53,521 nt of DNA from Craspedostauros australis (Eukaryota), in contig JALAGF010002098.1 in NCBI GenBank assembly GCA_030167865.1, positions 1-53,521 on the forward strand, in the 5' to 3' direction. Shown here piece by piece: positions 1 through 10,874 of this stretch (position 1 is its first letter; each line of letters begins with the position of its first letter). The notes under the pieces were generated by a model. It was not told the DNA's origin, did no database searches, and was given only the letters and a program-made list of their open reading frames with translations. Both the position numbers and the translations under genes were made by a program.

Positions 1-1952
1 GAGCTCCATGCCGTGAAACCTTGGATGTCTGCGAACATCACTGTCGTGTGCGGAAATAAATCTGCGACAGGTGATCCGCCGGTACCAGCGCCATTTGTCA
101 CGTTGCTTCCTGTGAGCGTACCTTTCTGTGGCATGGCACCAAGTTTATTGGTGCTGCTGGCTCTAATTCGATTGTGGAACAATCGATCGCGGAACTCGGA
201 GGGGAAGAGTTCCGAGACAATGGCATCTGTCTTCGCGGCGGAATTCATCACTTTCTCCTGCCGTCGTTGAACGAGCTTGTCGTAACCAACGAACACCAAC
301 GAGGTCAACGCGAAGACGAGAGTCACGATGGTTGTGAACACGAACGGTGTTGATGTCATGTACGAATCATGGAAGTCCTGTGTTGGGTAGATCTCGATTG
401 AGTATGTGCATAATCCATAGTCACCGTCAGGAGGTATGAATGCTTCGATGATGGTTGACTGCTTTTGGTGCCGGAACTTTCGCTCTCGCATACTACCCAT
501 GCCAAGGAAAGTGACTGTTGGCCCTTGGACAAGGTAGGTGAAGCTGGATCCACAGCTTGTGGAGATGACAACGTTGATGTTACCGATGCCTTCTCCCAGG
601 AGACCAGACAGGAAGACGGTCCATGAAATAGGATTCAGCAAGAGACCGGCCACGATCGCGTCATCCGTGAAGTTGGACATAACTGGGATCATGTAGCTGC
701 AAGTTGGTTCTGTGTTCGTTGTGAGGGCACCCCCGCCGAAGTCACTCGCGACGTAGACGTCCGTCAGAATGGGCTTCTTGCTTCGATCAATTGGTTCCAT
801 GATGTTTGCGTTCTCTGGAAACGACAAAACGTCGGCATTCATGGCGAGCAGCATGTAAGGGATTGCTGGGCCGCCACCAGCAATCGGTGCCCAGGGTGGG
901 CTATCCTCCTTGACTCTCGGCCACCCGCCTGGTGGAGGAAACGCTGCCACGTCTGCATGCTTTTCAACGCTGAATACGTATGGCGTGAGCATGGTGTCGT
1001 TTGCCACGGGAACGCCAACATCTCGCATGTTGTCGGCGATGAATTGCTCCATAATCTCTGAGCTGAAGGCCTCGTACTGTTCCAATTCTGCTGTTGTTCG
1101 CAATAGCGGCGCAAAGCTAACTGCGACGGAGCCGGTCGTGATCTGGGTGTGGATGCTCAATCGGGTGAGAAACGGCATGGCGACGTTGGGCCATTCCAGC
1201 TCGTTGGATACGGCGTTGGCAGTGATGGTGGCGGCGAACCCAGCGTAGCTATCGGTGGCAACCTTTGCATTTCTATTGATCGCATTGGTGATCTCGGATG
1301 CGTAGGATCCAAACTTAGAGCAGAGTATGGCAATTTGAGTTTTTGGTACGAGTATGAATTGAACGGGAGGCGATGTGCGCATTGGGCGTCGTGAGAAGAT
1401 CGAGCGCGCCAATTAAAGTGAGAGAGAGAGAGAGAGAGAGAGAGTGAGTGAGTGAGTGAGTGGAAGAGACAGAGACCATACCAGCAGCGTGTGATGTGAG
1501 GTTTCATCGGTTGTTCAATAGAGTATCATTCGGTGGTGATTATTGGCTGGCACTCTCACCAGACAGAGTACTCCAGTTTGTCCTGTGACCTTGGGTTGCG
1601 CGCCACCTAGTACAACACGTATTGAAATGAATTTGACAAGCATTGGTGCACTACTTGAACTCACATCGTTCTCAAACTCGTTCTTCTCTGCTCGCGACGT
1701 GAACGAATAGGTGAGGCATGCGGCTCCGGCAGCAGCTGCGAGTAGCGCCCCAATGAACATGAACCGTCCTCGGATGACCGCTTTGTTTTCCTTCTCAGCG
1801 ATGAGGAACTGATTCTCGTTGGAATTGTCGCCATCGACGCTGCCCGAAGTCTCACTCGCAGGCTTGATTTGCTCATCATTTGCGCACGAAGCTGGAGCGA
1901 TGGTGAAGCTGGAATCTAGTTCGCTGCTTGGTGGCCGTGTTGCGTCAGTCAT
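1..1952 (-). CDS. Receptor-type guanylate/adenylate cyclase, diatom family (TM, extracellular sensor, TM, class III cyclase). Truncated at the window edge. Exons 1665-1952 and <1-1313.
   Basis: ATG at 1952 (MTDATRPP). TM1 is FMFIGALLAAAAGAACLTYSF. Donor GAT|gtgagt at 1664, acceptor ctaag|TTT at 1314. Exon 2 is open to base 1: FGSYASEI...WPNVAMP...CTYSIEIYPT..., TM2 FVFTTIVTLVFALTSLVFVGYD, then AIVSELFPSEFRDRL and PVADLFPHTTVMFADIQGFTAWS (start of cyclase domain). Exon 2 is missing from the ORF track because it runs off the edge. Confidence 0.9.
1417..1462. repeat. (AG)n/(AGTG)n compound microsatellite in the cyclase intron
   Basis: Directly visible: agagag... followed by agtgagtgagtg... Confidence 0.9.
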
Positions 1953-3777
1953 GATGGATGGATTGTTGTTGTTGTTGTCTTGCGCTTGTGCTTTGATCTC
2001 AACAACAGATGGTCTGATCGTTGTTGTATGCAAGTGTATCACGATGCGATTTGTTGTGCTGCGATGTGTTGTGCGCGTGTTGAGGGTGATGGTGATGGTG
2101 ATGGTGATGACCGAAACCGCAGCTGGCGTGATGCTCGATCTTGTGGCTTTGTCGATTTATGGCAAATGCCTGATGCGGAAAGAGTGAATACGAGTGCGCT
2201 CCCTGTGGTATTTGTGGCAAGCAAAGCTCTCCTTCTCTCCACGTTGCGCATACTCGTACTCGTATAGTGCTGTGCTGTGCTGCCGCTCTCCTTTTCATGC
2301 GGATGGACGAGAGCCGGAGCGACCACTCTTGCGGCTCGCCCAATCTCGCCACACCTGCGGGCGCAGAAGAAAGTTAAAATCGCCTTGTTGAACACTCTTG
2401 CGTCACATCCAGAGAGGTGACGAACGCATCGAGATGTGTCGCAACCGGCGGGGCCTTCTGCGTACATTCGCATGGAGTCATGGAATCACTTCCCTCGTGG
2501 GTTGTCCGACAACTTCGAAGTGAGAAGAAGCCCATCATGTGTGGCGCATGGCCTGGAACCTGGTTGCGCAGCTTTCGTCCACACGTCTACCGCGGCTAAA
2601 AGTTCGTATCGATCCCAACTCGGCATGCGAGAATGGCGGACTGTGTTGGCTCATCCGGTCCAATCTCTCGCGGCGCGAAGGTGATCTCGAAATCGATATT
2701 CTTCCAACGATGTTGTCAAGGGCCACATGCAACCATTCCGCCTCCTCTGGGATTGTTCCACGGGAGAGCCGCGTCTTGGAGATCATACCGAAACATAATC
2801 TGCTCTTGCCGGCAGATCCTCGCATTTGTACTCGTGGAGGCATGGGATGGGAGCAACGGACTTGCATCCGTCAATGTGCTGCCGCCAAAAGCCTGCAAGG
2901 CCAACTGGTAGAATGAGAAGCATTGCTGAATCATGGCAGAGTAGCTCGTATCATTGGTTGATAGTCATGTGCCCTTTGGGGTGTACGACTATGGTTGCCT
3001 TGGTTCGCGACGAACCCGGCTCCTCCCATGAGTACATGGTCGTGCGAATGTGGTTGTGCAAAATTGTGATTGCATCTGCATGAAGCAAGATCGCTTGGAA
3101 TGTGGTTGTGGCAAGTCCCGAGGGCTCCTCGGATTGATTCCACTTCGTGGATGCCGCAGCGTGAACGGAGAGAGAACACGCAAAGAAGAGGATGGAGAAA
3201 GTTGAAGAAAGAAGAAGCAATGCGACGCAAATTTGTGAGATGCCTTGCCGTTTTGGTGCACCCAAAAATGTCATTGGAACGTAAGAACTTAACTAGTCCT
3301 TCCTCCAGTTTGACACTTTGATGACATGCTGACGTCACGGTTTGACACACAGGATCGGAGTCTGTGACGCGATACGTGCACAGGCCCACGCGCGCTAGAA
3401 AACGCAGTGAAGAGTGACAAAATGATGTTGTCGGCAACAGCCACACAAAGGAAGGCATCAACGAAGAGATCACCGAAATCAAAAAGATCCTCCGATCCGA
3501 GCCATCACATCAACGTCATCTCCGATCCAAAGAGAGGTCTTTATGCTCGTCGCTCGGACAGCATCATCCTCGAACCATACTCTTGGACCGCAACATACCT
3601 ACGAACAGCTACTCCTCATAGCAATTGTTACTGCAAGCGATAGCGTAATCCATTCTAGGCTGCATCAAAGTTCGATCACCGCAATCATCCACGACAACAC
3701 AACACAATACAACACAACGCTCAACAGAACACGTTTTGCCACATCGCAATCCAGCAGCTCGCGCCATACTCTGCACA

Positions 3778-4200
3778 ATGTTGAAGGTGATCATCGCATT
3801 ACTGGCTGCCACCTTGGCTCTCCTTTCGCGTAATGCGGAGGCATTCTCGTTGGGTAGCAACAACAACAACAACAACAACCGCAACAGTGTGCATACCGTG
3901 GAATCTCCACAACCAGCGCAAGATGCCACGCTGTCGCGAACGGCCTTCCTCAACGTCATGTTGGCCGGCACTGCCGCGGCCGCCTGCGCGCCAACCCCCG
4001 TCCTGGCCAAGGATATCGATCCATCCCTCAAGGGCACCAAGAAGGACCCCAGCTTTGAATCCTGCCTGTCCAAATGCATATTCGAATGCACCAAACCCAA
4101 AGGTTCCGAACAACGATCACGCTCGGAGTGCCTTCCAGAGTGCCGTGAGAAGTGTGCCACCTCCAAGGCACAGCTGATGCGCGGTGAACCCAAGGAGTAG
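3778..4200 (+). CDS. Small plastid/thylakoid-lumen-targeted protein with a six-Cys Cx3Cx3C...Cx3Cx3C domain
   Basis: Signal peptide MLKVIIALLAATLALLSRNAEA|F (ASAFAP-like). Tat-like second signal SRTAFL...AAAACAPTPVLA|K. Mature part contains CLSKCIFEC and CLPECREKC. Codons are GC3-biased. Confidence 0.8.
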   Translation: MLKVIIALLAATLALLSRNAEAFSLGSNNNNNNNRNSVHTVESPQPAQDATLSRTAFLNVMLAGTAAAACAPTPVLAKDIDPSLKGTKKDPSFESCLSKCIFECTKPKGSEQRSRSECLPECREKCATSKAQLMRGEPKE

Positions 4201-4223
4201 ATCAACCAAGCGCAACCGATCAA

Positions 4224-4326
4224 TGAACGAACGAACAAACGAACGAACGAACGAACGAACGAACGAACGTGCAGTCGAGAAGTGATACAAACTAGAGGAT
4301 GTGGACGTGGACGTGGACGTGGACGT
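4224..4326. repeat. (GAAC)n and (GGACGT)n microsatellites in the 3' region
   Basis: Directly visible tandem repeats. Confidence 0.85.
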
Positions 4327-4851
4327 AAGATGTTCAGTGGTACGAGTGTATGCACTGGTACTGCAGGAGGCGAGTCCTCCTCTCTCTCTCTCTCGCTCGA
4401 CAGAGAGAGCACAAAGTACGCACCCAGCATTGCTCCGCTCTAGACCTGTGCAAATGACATCAATTGCGATGGGATGGAGTACTCTGCATACTACGACTAT
4501 GGAGGACATTTCATCCGATAAGGGTGCTGAAGACGAGATGGAGGTGGGTGATCAAGGTGACAGTACGCTCCTGTTCACTACATACGTTGGGAACGATACT
4601 ATTATACTTTCCTAGAGCGTTATGAACTACTTCTAATCCTCGTACGTCGTTGCAGACTTCAGCTTGGCGACTCCAACAATGTCCTATCATGGGACATGTT
4701 CTTTGCTTGTTCTCGTGTACGTTTGCAGGATGCTGTGTCCCTCTCTCGGAGTGGTGCTTACCTCTCGACCTGCACAGAATATCGAGTTAGATCCCGCCAA
4801 CATGTTGTGCAGTTGAACCGTCGCCACTCTGCGCGTTCCATCAGTTGACCT

Positions 4852-5415
4852 TCACTGCAGGACATCCATCCACTGCGGGTTCAGCTCGCTCCTCCCGACC
4901 GATTGCGCGGGACGCAGCTTGGGTTCGGAGAATTGGCGTTGCTTGGCGACTTCTTTCGGTGAGACGCAAGTGGCGCGGAAGCTGCAAGATCGACGGCAGC
5001 TCTCTTCCAACGCCGCGGCGCGCGTCGGTTTCAACAGGCGATGTTGGTACCGCACCGAGCACTGGTACGTGCAGGATGTCAAGCAGCCGTCGGCATCCTG
5101 CAAGTTGGTGGTGCGCAAGGGACGATCGACCAGGCTAGGGAGGAAGGCGGCAAGGAGAGCGATGCCTCCGATGATCAGGGCATTCTTGATCAAGATCGAC
5201 AAATTCGCGGAATGGTCGGACGTCGGCAACGATGAACCTGGCGTGGATGGTGCCAGTGGCGGTGATGTCTGTGGTGAAGGTTTGAAGAGATCGGTCGACG
5301 GCGCCCAGCGTGGTGGTTTTGGCATCTGCAATGCGGCCGCATTTGGGACGAATGCAAGGATGCAGGCGAGTAATATGACTGTGAGCATCTGTGGCGCGGC
5401 GGTGCGGTTTGTCAT
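4852..5415 (-). CDS. Hypothetical signal-peptide + TM protein with a Cys-rich C-terminal domain
   Basis: MTNRTAAPQMLTVILLACILAFVPNAAA|LQ signal, a Pro-rich linker, hydrophobic segment ALIIGGIALLAAFLPSLV, then CLTSCTYQC...CRRSC..C. Confidence 0.7.
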   Translation of the reverse strand: MTNRTAAPQMLTVILLACILAFVPNAAALQMPKPPRWAPSTDLFKPSPQTSPPLAPSTPGSSLPTSDHSANLSILIKNALIIGGIALLAAFLPSLVDRPLRTTNLQDADGCLTSCTYQCSVRYQHRLLKPTRAAALEESCRRSCSFRATCVSPKEVAKQRQFSEPKLRPAQSVGRSELNPQWMDVLQ

Positions 5416-5820
5416 GTTGGTATGTTGGTATACGTAGTACTGTTTGGTGCGATGGATTGTTGTTGGCGGTGATGTATTGTATGGCATTCGTAGATCGTAT
5501 GGCAATAGTGTACTGAGTGCAACGTGAGGCGTTTGTGAATTGTGCTTGATGTGTCATTTTGTGACCAGCGAAGACAGCTTGCGTCCATTTGCGCCGAACA
5601 GACGAGGTTGTGTTTGGGGAGCCGGTTCGTAATGTCATCCACTCATTTCGGGATGTACCAACAACGAAGGCATCCCTCTTTGGATCAAGCAGAAACGCAT
5701 CAAGCACATTGCGACTTCACTGCTCATTCTGTCCGCAGTCGCACCAGATACCCTACACACACAACTAATACTATGGAGGCTGTTCGTATTCACTTAATTT
5801 CTTTCGTTTAGTGTATCAGT

Positions 5821-6764
5821 TTACTCTTCTTCCTCTCCGGCAGCTGCTCTTGTGGCGGCACGCTTCTTGGCAACACGTCCTGGGGCACCCTGGCCGTATG
5901 GGGAGTTGACGGAGAAGTCAATGTGCTTCTCAGAAGATGTTCTGACATTGAAGGATGGGACATTGACGAGCTGGCTTCCGACGCGGATGTGACGCTGTCG
6001 GATCAGGACACGGGCGTGGTGGATGGACTTGGCGAGACCCTGCTTGTAGACCTTGGTCTGGAGGCGGCGTTCCAACAGCTTCTGGGTACTCAGCTGGAGG
6101 ACGAAATCGAGCTCCATCTCGTCGTCGGCAAGGAGCCCGTATCGGCTCATACGTCTCATCAGTGCGGCACCCTCGAAAATTCTCTTTGGATCCTTTGGGT
6201 CCAAGGTGAGGAGTGTGCGGGCAGCCTTACGGAGCTTGGCAAGAGCATACTGAACACGCCAGATTTCGCGCTTGCAGCGAAGTCCGTATTCTCCGACGAG
6301 CTTCAATTCAGCATCAAGACGTTCCTTCTCGTATGGGCGACGAGGAGTCTTGGAGGTCTTGCTGTCTGCAGGTGGTCAATACGCACGCCAGTTCGGTTCA
6401 GTTCAGTTTGAGGCAGTGCAACAGTTGCGGTGTGTCAAACGTGTGTTTGAGAGGATTTCATCAATCGTCCAGAGGAAGCAGTGATTTGTTCGAAAAGAGC
6501 AGATCGGAAACAGGTGAGAATCGGTGATCAACGTCATCATTGTAGTTGCTTCATACGGGTGCGCAGCCACACTGGCGGCCTGTTCCTCATCATCGTTCGT
6601 TTGGTGCTGGCGTGCCGGGTAGCCCACATGTCGCTCTTGGCAAGAGACATGTTCCTGGAGCTTGCCGTGACGGCACTGAGAACGCCGCCATTGCGCACTC
6701 GCACATCTGCATCCCTGCAAGTTCTTCGTCACTTACAGTTGCGGTGGACGGCACAGGTTGGCAT
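5821..6764 (-). CDS. RPS9: 40S ribosomal protein S9 (uS4); exons 6737-6764 and 5821-6365
   Basis: Spliced product MPTCAVHRN(Y)[37 protein letters not shown]...LERRLQT...[18 protein letters not shown]. Donor gtaagt at 6736, acceptor cag at 6366. Confidence 0.97.
6518..6598 (-). ncRNA. Candidate intronic box C/D snoRNA in the RPS9 intron
   Basis: C box AUGAUGA (6593-6587), D'-like AUGA (6554-6551), C' AUGAUGA (6540-6534), variant D CCGA (6524-6521), short terminal stem GAA/UUC. No rRNA target identified. Confidence 0.3.
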
Positions 6765-7478
6765 GGTGGAGGGATCAAACGACTACTTCTTGCGACTCTG
6801 GATGTGTCGATGATGCTGGTGGTGCTTGTTGGCGACGGTGTTGTTCGAGCAAGGACAATTCCGCTGGCTTGCCTTGTTGATGCTGTTCTACACGGTGTTT
6901 CGGTTCTGGGTGTCGGAGCTGTTCTTGTTGTTGACGTCGTCTCCATTTCCTCGTTGTTTTCTGCTCCTGTCTTTGGACGGACGGACGTACGGACGGATCA
7001 GTCGGGGACGAACTCTACGTGAATCCTACGTAAGTTATGTACTATGATAGTCGAGCAGTTATCGCGTTACTAACAAATTGAAGGAACATAAGTACACGCG
7101 CCAAATACGGACACCCATTCGTGGACTGCTTTCGACTGATACGAACATAACGGCCGCATCATTCTGGGATGTGCTGATAGACGGACAGACATGCGGCGAA
7201 AAGATTCGACAAACATCGAAGATCGCGGAGGGTGAACGAACAAGGCGATTTGTGATCCCGCACATCGGCCAACAACCACATCGGCTTCCTCCGACCCAAA
7301 CACACCCGGAAACCCACAAAGTGGGATACTCGCACCAAGCATCACACATAGGCGGCGTGAAGCGCAATAGATAACTCTGTTTCCACCTATTATACACTGG
7401 AGTATAATCGGTTCGGACTCCTCATACGATCTGTAGTCGGTCAATCAGCCAGTCAGCCAATCAAGCAATCAAGCAGTC

Positions 7479-8795
7479 ATGTTCATCCGCAATTCCATTG
7501 TCCCACGCATGAAACATGTGCACCAGAAATCGTCGGCAGCAACCACCAGCCTGGCATTGCGGTTGAGACACCGTCTGCGTCTCAATGGCAACGTTTATGC
7601 CAACGCAGCTGCGCATTCGAGCAAAGGAATCCAGCAGAACTTCTCATCGTCAGCCTCGGCTCCAGCTGCTTCGTCCTGGAGGCGCCAAGGCCGTGGTCGC
7701 AGCGGCTGGTCGTCGGAAAGCCAGGCTGTGAGGACAGCCACGTTAATGTCCCTGGCACCTGCGCTATTGGTGTCCAGGTATACCATGGATTCCACGCCCG
7801 CATCAACAGAATCCAGCACCGACGCTCCAGGAGGTGTCGAGCCAGGCACGGACGCGGATCCGTACGAAAACTTGCCGGAGAAGGATGAACCAACGCATTG
7901 CTCCATCTGTAAGACGTACCGACAGGGCCCATGCCGTCCATTCTGGCGCAAAGTCGAAGCCTGCACGAAGGACCATGCGCCGGAGGAGGATGAGAAGCCA
8001 TCGTCGTCGTCGTCGTCGTCGTCATCCAAAACTGCAGCAGACTCGGATGCCAAAGGCGACAAGAACAATACCAATGCCGATGACGACGATGGGCCCATCA
8101 AGGAACCGTCGTGCATGAAGTACATGATGCCATTTGTGGAATGCGCCACCGAGTTTCGCAACCTGTACAACCTGATCGAGATGGACACCAACTACACACT
8201 CGGTATTCAGGATCTCGAAAAAGAAGCTGCAAAGTCACTGTGCTGGACCAAAACCAATGGTCCTGTGGTGGATTGGACGGCGTGGGAAGAGTATGTCGCA
8301 GAGAATCCGGACTGGAAACCATCCCAGACAACGACTGAATCCAAATCAGACGCGGTGTCAGCGGGCATGCCATTGTGGAGGCAACTGAAGCAAGATGAAG
8401 AACCAAACGTCATTTCCATCGAGGTCCACGTCGCCCAAATCGAGCCCGATGAGGTTGGGCAGCTGGAATGTGCGTACGCGCTGGACCAGGACGGCCACGT
8501 CATCGGATTCGCATACGGCAACAGTCCCCCCGCGGCCTCCAAGTCGCAGGATGGGACGGCACCGCAAGAGCCTTTCGTCACCATGAAGGTTCGCATCATC
8601 GTGGAACGAGCAAAGCACTTCACAATCGGTGCCTCCTACCTTCGTGAGACCGAACCAGTGGCCAACGATGACGCCAAGGATGGCAAGGACGCACAGAAGA
8701 ACGAGAAGACGCAGAAAAAGAAGACCGCAAAGCCGGTGATCTCGCATATGTACAAAAGCCACGTCTACAATGTTCCTGTCGCCGCCAAGAAGTAA
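7479..8795 (+). CDS. Mitochondrial GCK-domain / twin-CX9C (CHCH-like) protein
   Basis: Arg/Ser-rich presequence-like N-terminus; HCSIC..GPCRPFWRKVEAC (CX9C) and CMKYMMPFVEC (CX9C); single exon. Confidence 0.75.
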   Translation: MFIRNSIVPRMKHVHQKSSAATTSLALRLRHRLRLNGNVYANAAAHSSKGIQQNFSSSASAPAASSWRRQGRGRSGWSSESQAVRTATLMSLAPALLVSRYTMDSTPASTESSTDAPGGVEPGTDADPYENLPEKDEPTHCSICKTYRQGPCRPFWRKVEACTKDHAPEEDEKPSSSSSSSSSKTAADSDAKGDKNNTNADDDDGPIKEPSCMKYMMPFVECATEFRNLYNLIEMDTNYTLGIQDLEKEAAKSLCWTKTNGPVVDWTAWEEYVAENPDWKPSQTTTESKSDAVSAGMPLWRQLKQDEEPNVISIEVHVAQIEPDEVGQLECAYALDQDGHVIGFAYGNSPPAASKSQDGTAPQEPFVTMKVRIIVERAKHFTIGASYLRETEPVANDDAKDGKDAQKNEKTQKKKTAKPVISHMYKSHVYNVPVAAKK

Positions 8796-9376
8796 AACAA
8801 GCAGCGGAGCATGCGGCGTGCATCAAGTTGCTCTCGCGTGAGCTACTACTCGATGCCGTACCCGCACCGTGTGTTAAATCTAGAGAGAGAGAGCACTGGA
8901 GTTAAAGATCCTCACACTCGTACTCGTACACACAAACACATGCACTCATAAGTACTTCACACGTGTTTGTCCCAGCACCCTCGTTGCTTGGTTTGGCATC
9001 ATGGACGACGTCCGCAATCCCAAACGCCGGTCTTCCTATCGACCTCTATCTCCGCATTTGTAGTCGGAGGTCGGGCTCGTTCTTTGGTCTGTCCATTGAC
9101 ACGACTTGAGTGTCCCGTGTGTCTCGATCTTGGTATGTCCGTCCGTCCGGATCAGCATCTCGAAACCAAGCAGAAAAGAACAAAAGCTGATGGGTTTTCG
9201 AACACGACACATCAAAGAGCCACCACAAGCATCCAACACATCAGTGCGGAACCCATCAGTTGACAAAAAATCATCGCCACCATTTCACAAACAACAACAG
9301 CCCGCACCAAATCCAAATTGCCCATCACATCACATCACATTGCATCACATCCAATCATCCAACGCAACGAAGCACA

Positions 9377-10714
9377 ATGAAGGAGTTCAACCTCGTTCTG
9401 ACATGCGTCCTTCCTTCGCTGGCGCGCTCCTTTGCGCCTCTGCACACAAGCAATCGTGTATCTTCCTTACTACCATCATCCGCGTTGGCGCAAAAGATCC
9501 CAACATCGAATGTCTCACTGAACGCCGCGAAGAAGAAGAAAGCCGATGATGGCGACGATGATGAGGCCCCGTACTTGGGACCGTCCGTGGAGGTTCCCGA
9601 CATCCTCGACTTCGATCTCACAGGCGGCCGACCCGGCGCCATCATCGAGTCGGAGGAGCATCTGCAGAGGAAGGAGGAGATGTTCGAAGAGATGGAAGAT
9701 GGGACCCGAACCTACCCCAAATGGACCAACGACTTCGGTAGCTTCATCGAGGAAGAAGAGGCCGAGTACAACACGAACGATCCGGATGCCATCGATGCCA
9801 GCACGCTCGGTAGCTACACCATCCGCGATCTGCAGTCCAAATTCGACTACGAATGGGATCCCGAGACGGATGACGATCCCAACATCATCGATCCTGCGAC
9901 TCGCCATGAGTACGTGCAAGAAGTCGAGGTGGATGAGGAGGGCGTGGAGGTTGGCTACAATCCGATCTACGGTCCGTCCAATCCCATCGACACGCGAACC
10001 AAGAGGGGCGCCATGGACTCGTTCATGATCGATGAGAAGTCGCGTAACGATGACATACTACCCAAGCAGTTCCTAGATGGCGACCTTGAGATTGGATTCA
10101 ACGAAGACGTCGTACGATTCCGCAAGTCCCTCGACATCATCGAGACCTACACCGACAAATTCCTTCCCGATGACATGCTAATCCCCCGACATGTCGCCGA
10201 ATGGTACGGATACCCCGAACAGTTAAGCTACCCCTCCCAGAACTACACCAACAACCGGTTCACCGATCCCAAGGACCTCACCAATTTCGATGCCATGACT
10301 CCGCAAAGGGCCCAAGAGCGGGCTATGGAGCTGGCGAGCGCCAAGAACGCTGAGTGGCTTCCGGATGGTATTTCGCAGGAGTGGCACAAGTCGCAGAGAA
10401 AGCCATACGAGGACATCGGAACCCTGGTGGGATCCGTGCTCGAGGGAGAATGCGATCCGGATATCGTCGAGTTGATCCAACCCGCCCTCAAGATCCTGGG
10501 CGGATGCGCCGACTTGCTCAGCATCGAGAATGGCACCGTCTTCCGATTCTACTACCACGGCCTCATCAAGAACAAGTTCGGCATGGCCGCATGGACTGAG
10601 ACATTGATCCGGGATTGCGGAGTCGAGGTGACGGGAGTCGTCTTTGAGACTGGATTCAGACAGCGTGATCCTTCTTATGACAGTGGCAATCCCTACTACG
10701 GGCCCCAATGGTAG
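9377..10714 (+). CDS. Acidic plastid-targeted protein of unknown function with a C-terminal NifU_C-like segment
   Basis: MKEFNLVLTCVLPSLARS|FAP bipartite presequence, strong GC3 bias, D/E-rich body. Confidence 0.8.
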   Translation: MKEFNLVLTCVLPSLARSFAPLHTSNRVSSLLPSSALAQKIPTSNVSLNAAKKKKADDGDDDEAPYLGPSVEVPDILDFDLTGGRPGAIIESEEHLQRKEEMFEEMEDGTRTYPKWTNDFGSFIEEEEAEYNTNDPDAIDASTLGSYTIRDLQSKFDYEWDPETDDDPNIIDPATRHEYVQEVEVDEEGVEVGYNPIYGPSNPIDTRTKRGAMDSFMIDEKSRNDDILPKQFLDGDLEIGFNEDVVRFRKSLDIIETYTDKFLPDDMLIPRHVAEWYGYPEQLSYPSQNYTNNRFTDPKDLTNFDAMTPQRAQERAMELASAKNAEWLPDGISQEWHKSQRKPYEDIGTLVGSVLEGECDPDIVELIQPALKILGGCADLLSIENGTVFRFYYHGLIKNKFGMAAWTETLIRDCGVEVTGVVFETGFRQRDPSYDSGNPYYGPQW

Positions 10715-10874
10715 CATGCATACGAGTATGGTGCGCTGCAAGAGATTGTGAAACGAAGTCGAGTACTCCGTAGGTAATGCCACTACTAATCGAATAGCTT
10801 TCGTCTGCAATAACTTGCTCCGCTCTCTAGAGTACATTTCTCGAAGAGCAGTAGTGCATGGTACGCCGACTATT

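Noticed and set aside
3330-3337. TGACGTCA palindrome (CRE/bZIP-like site) upstream of the Cys-rich plastid gene
   Set aside because: A single 8-mer is expected by chance in a window of this size
4224-4326. Regular short repeats that might suggest a CRISPR-like array
   Set aside because: Simple microsatellites with no spacers, in a eukaryotic context
6398-6415. TGCCTCAAA-CTGA in the RPS9 intron, complementary to yeast-type 18S UUUGAGGCA
   Set aside because: The CTGA copies are part of a (GTTCA)n microsatellite also seen near 48465, and from memory the diatom 18S sequence differs at this site
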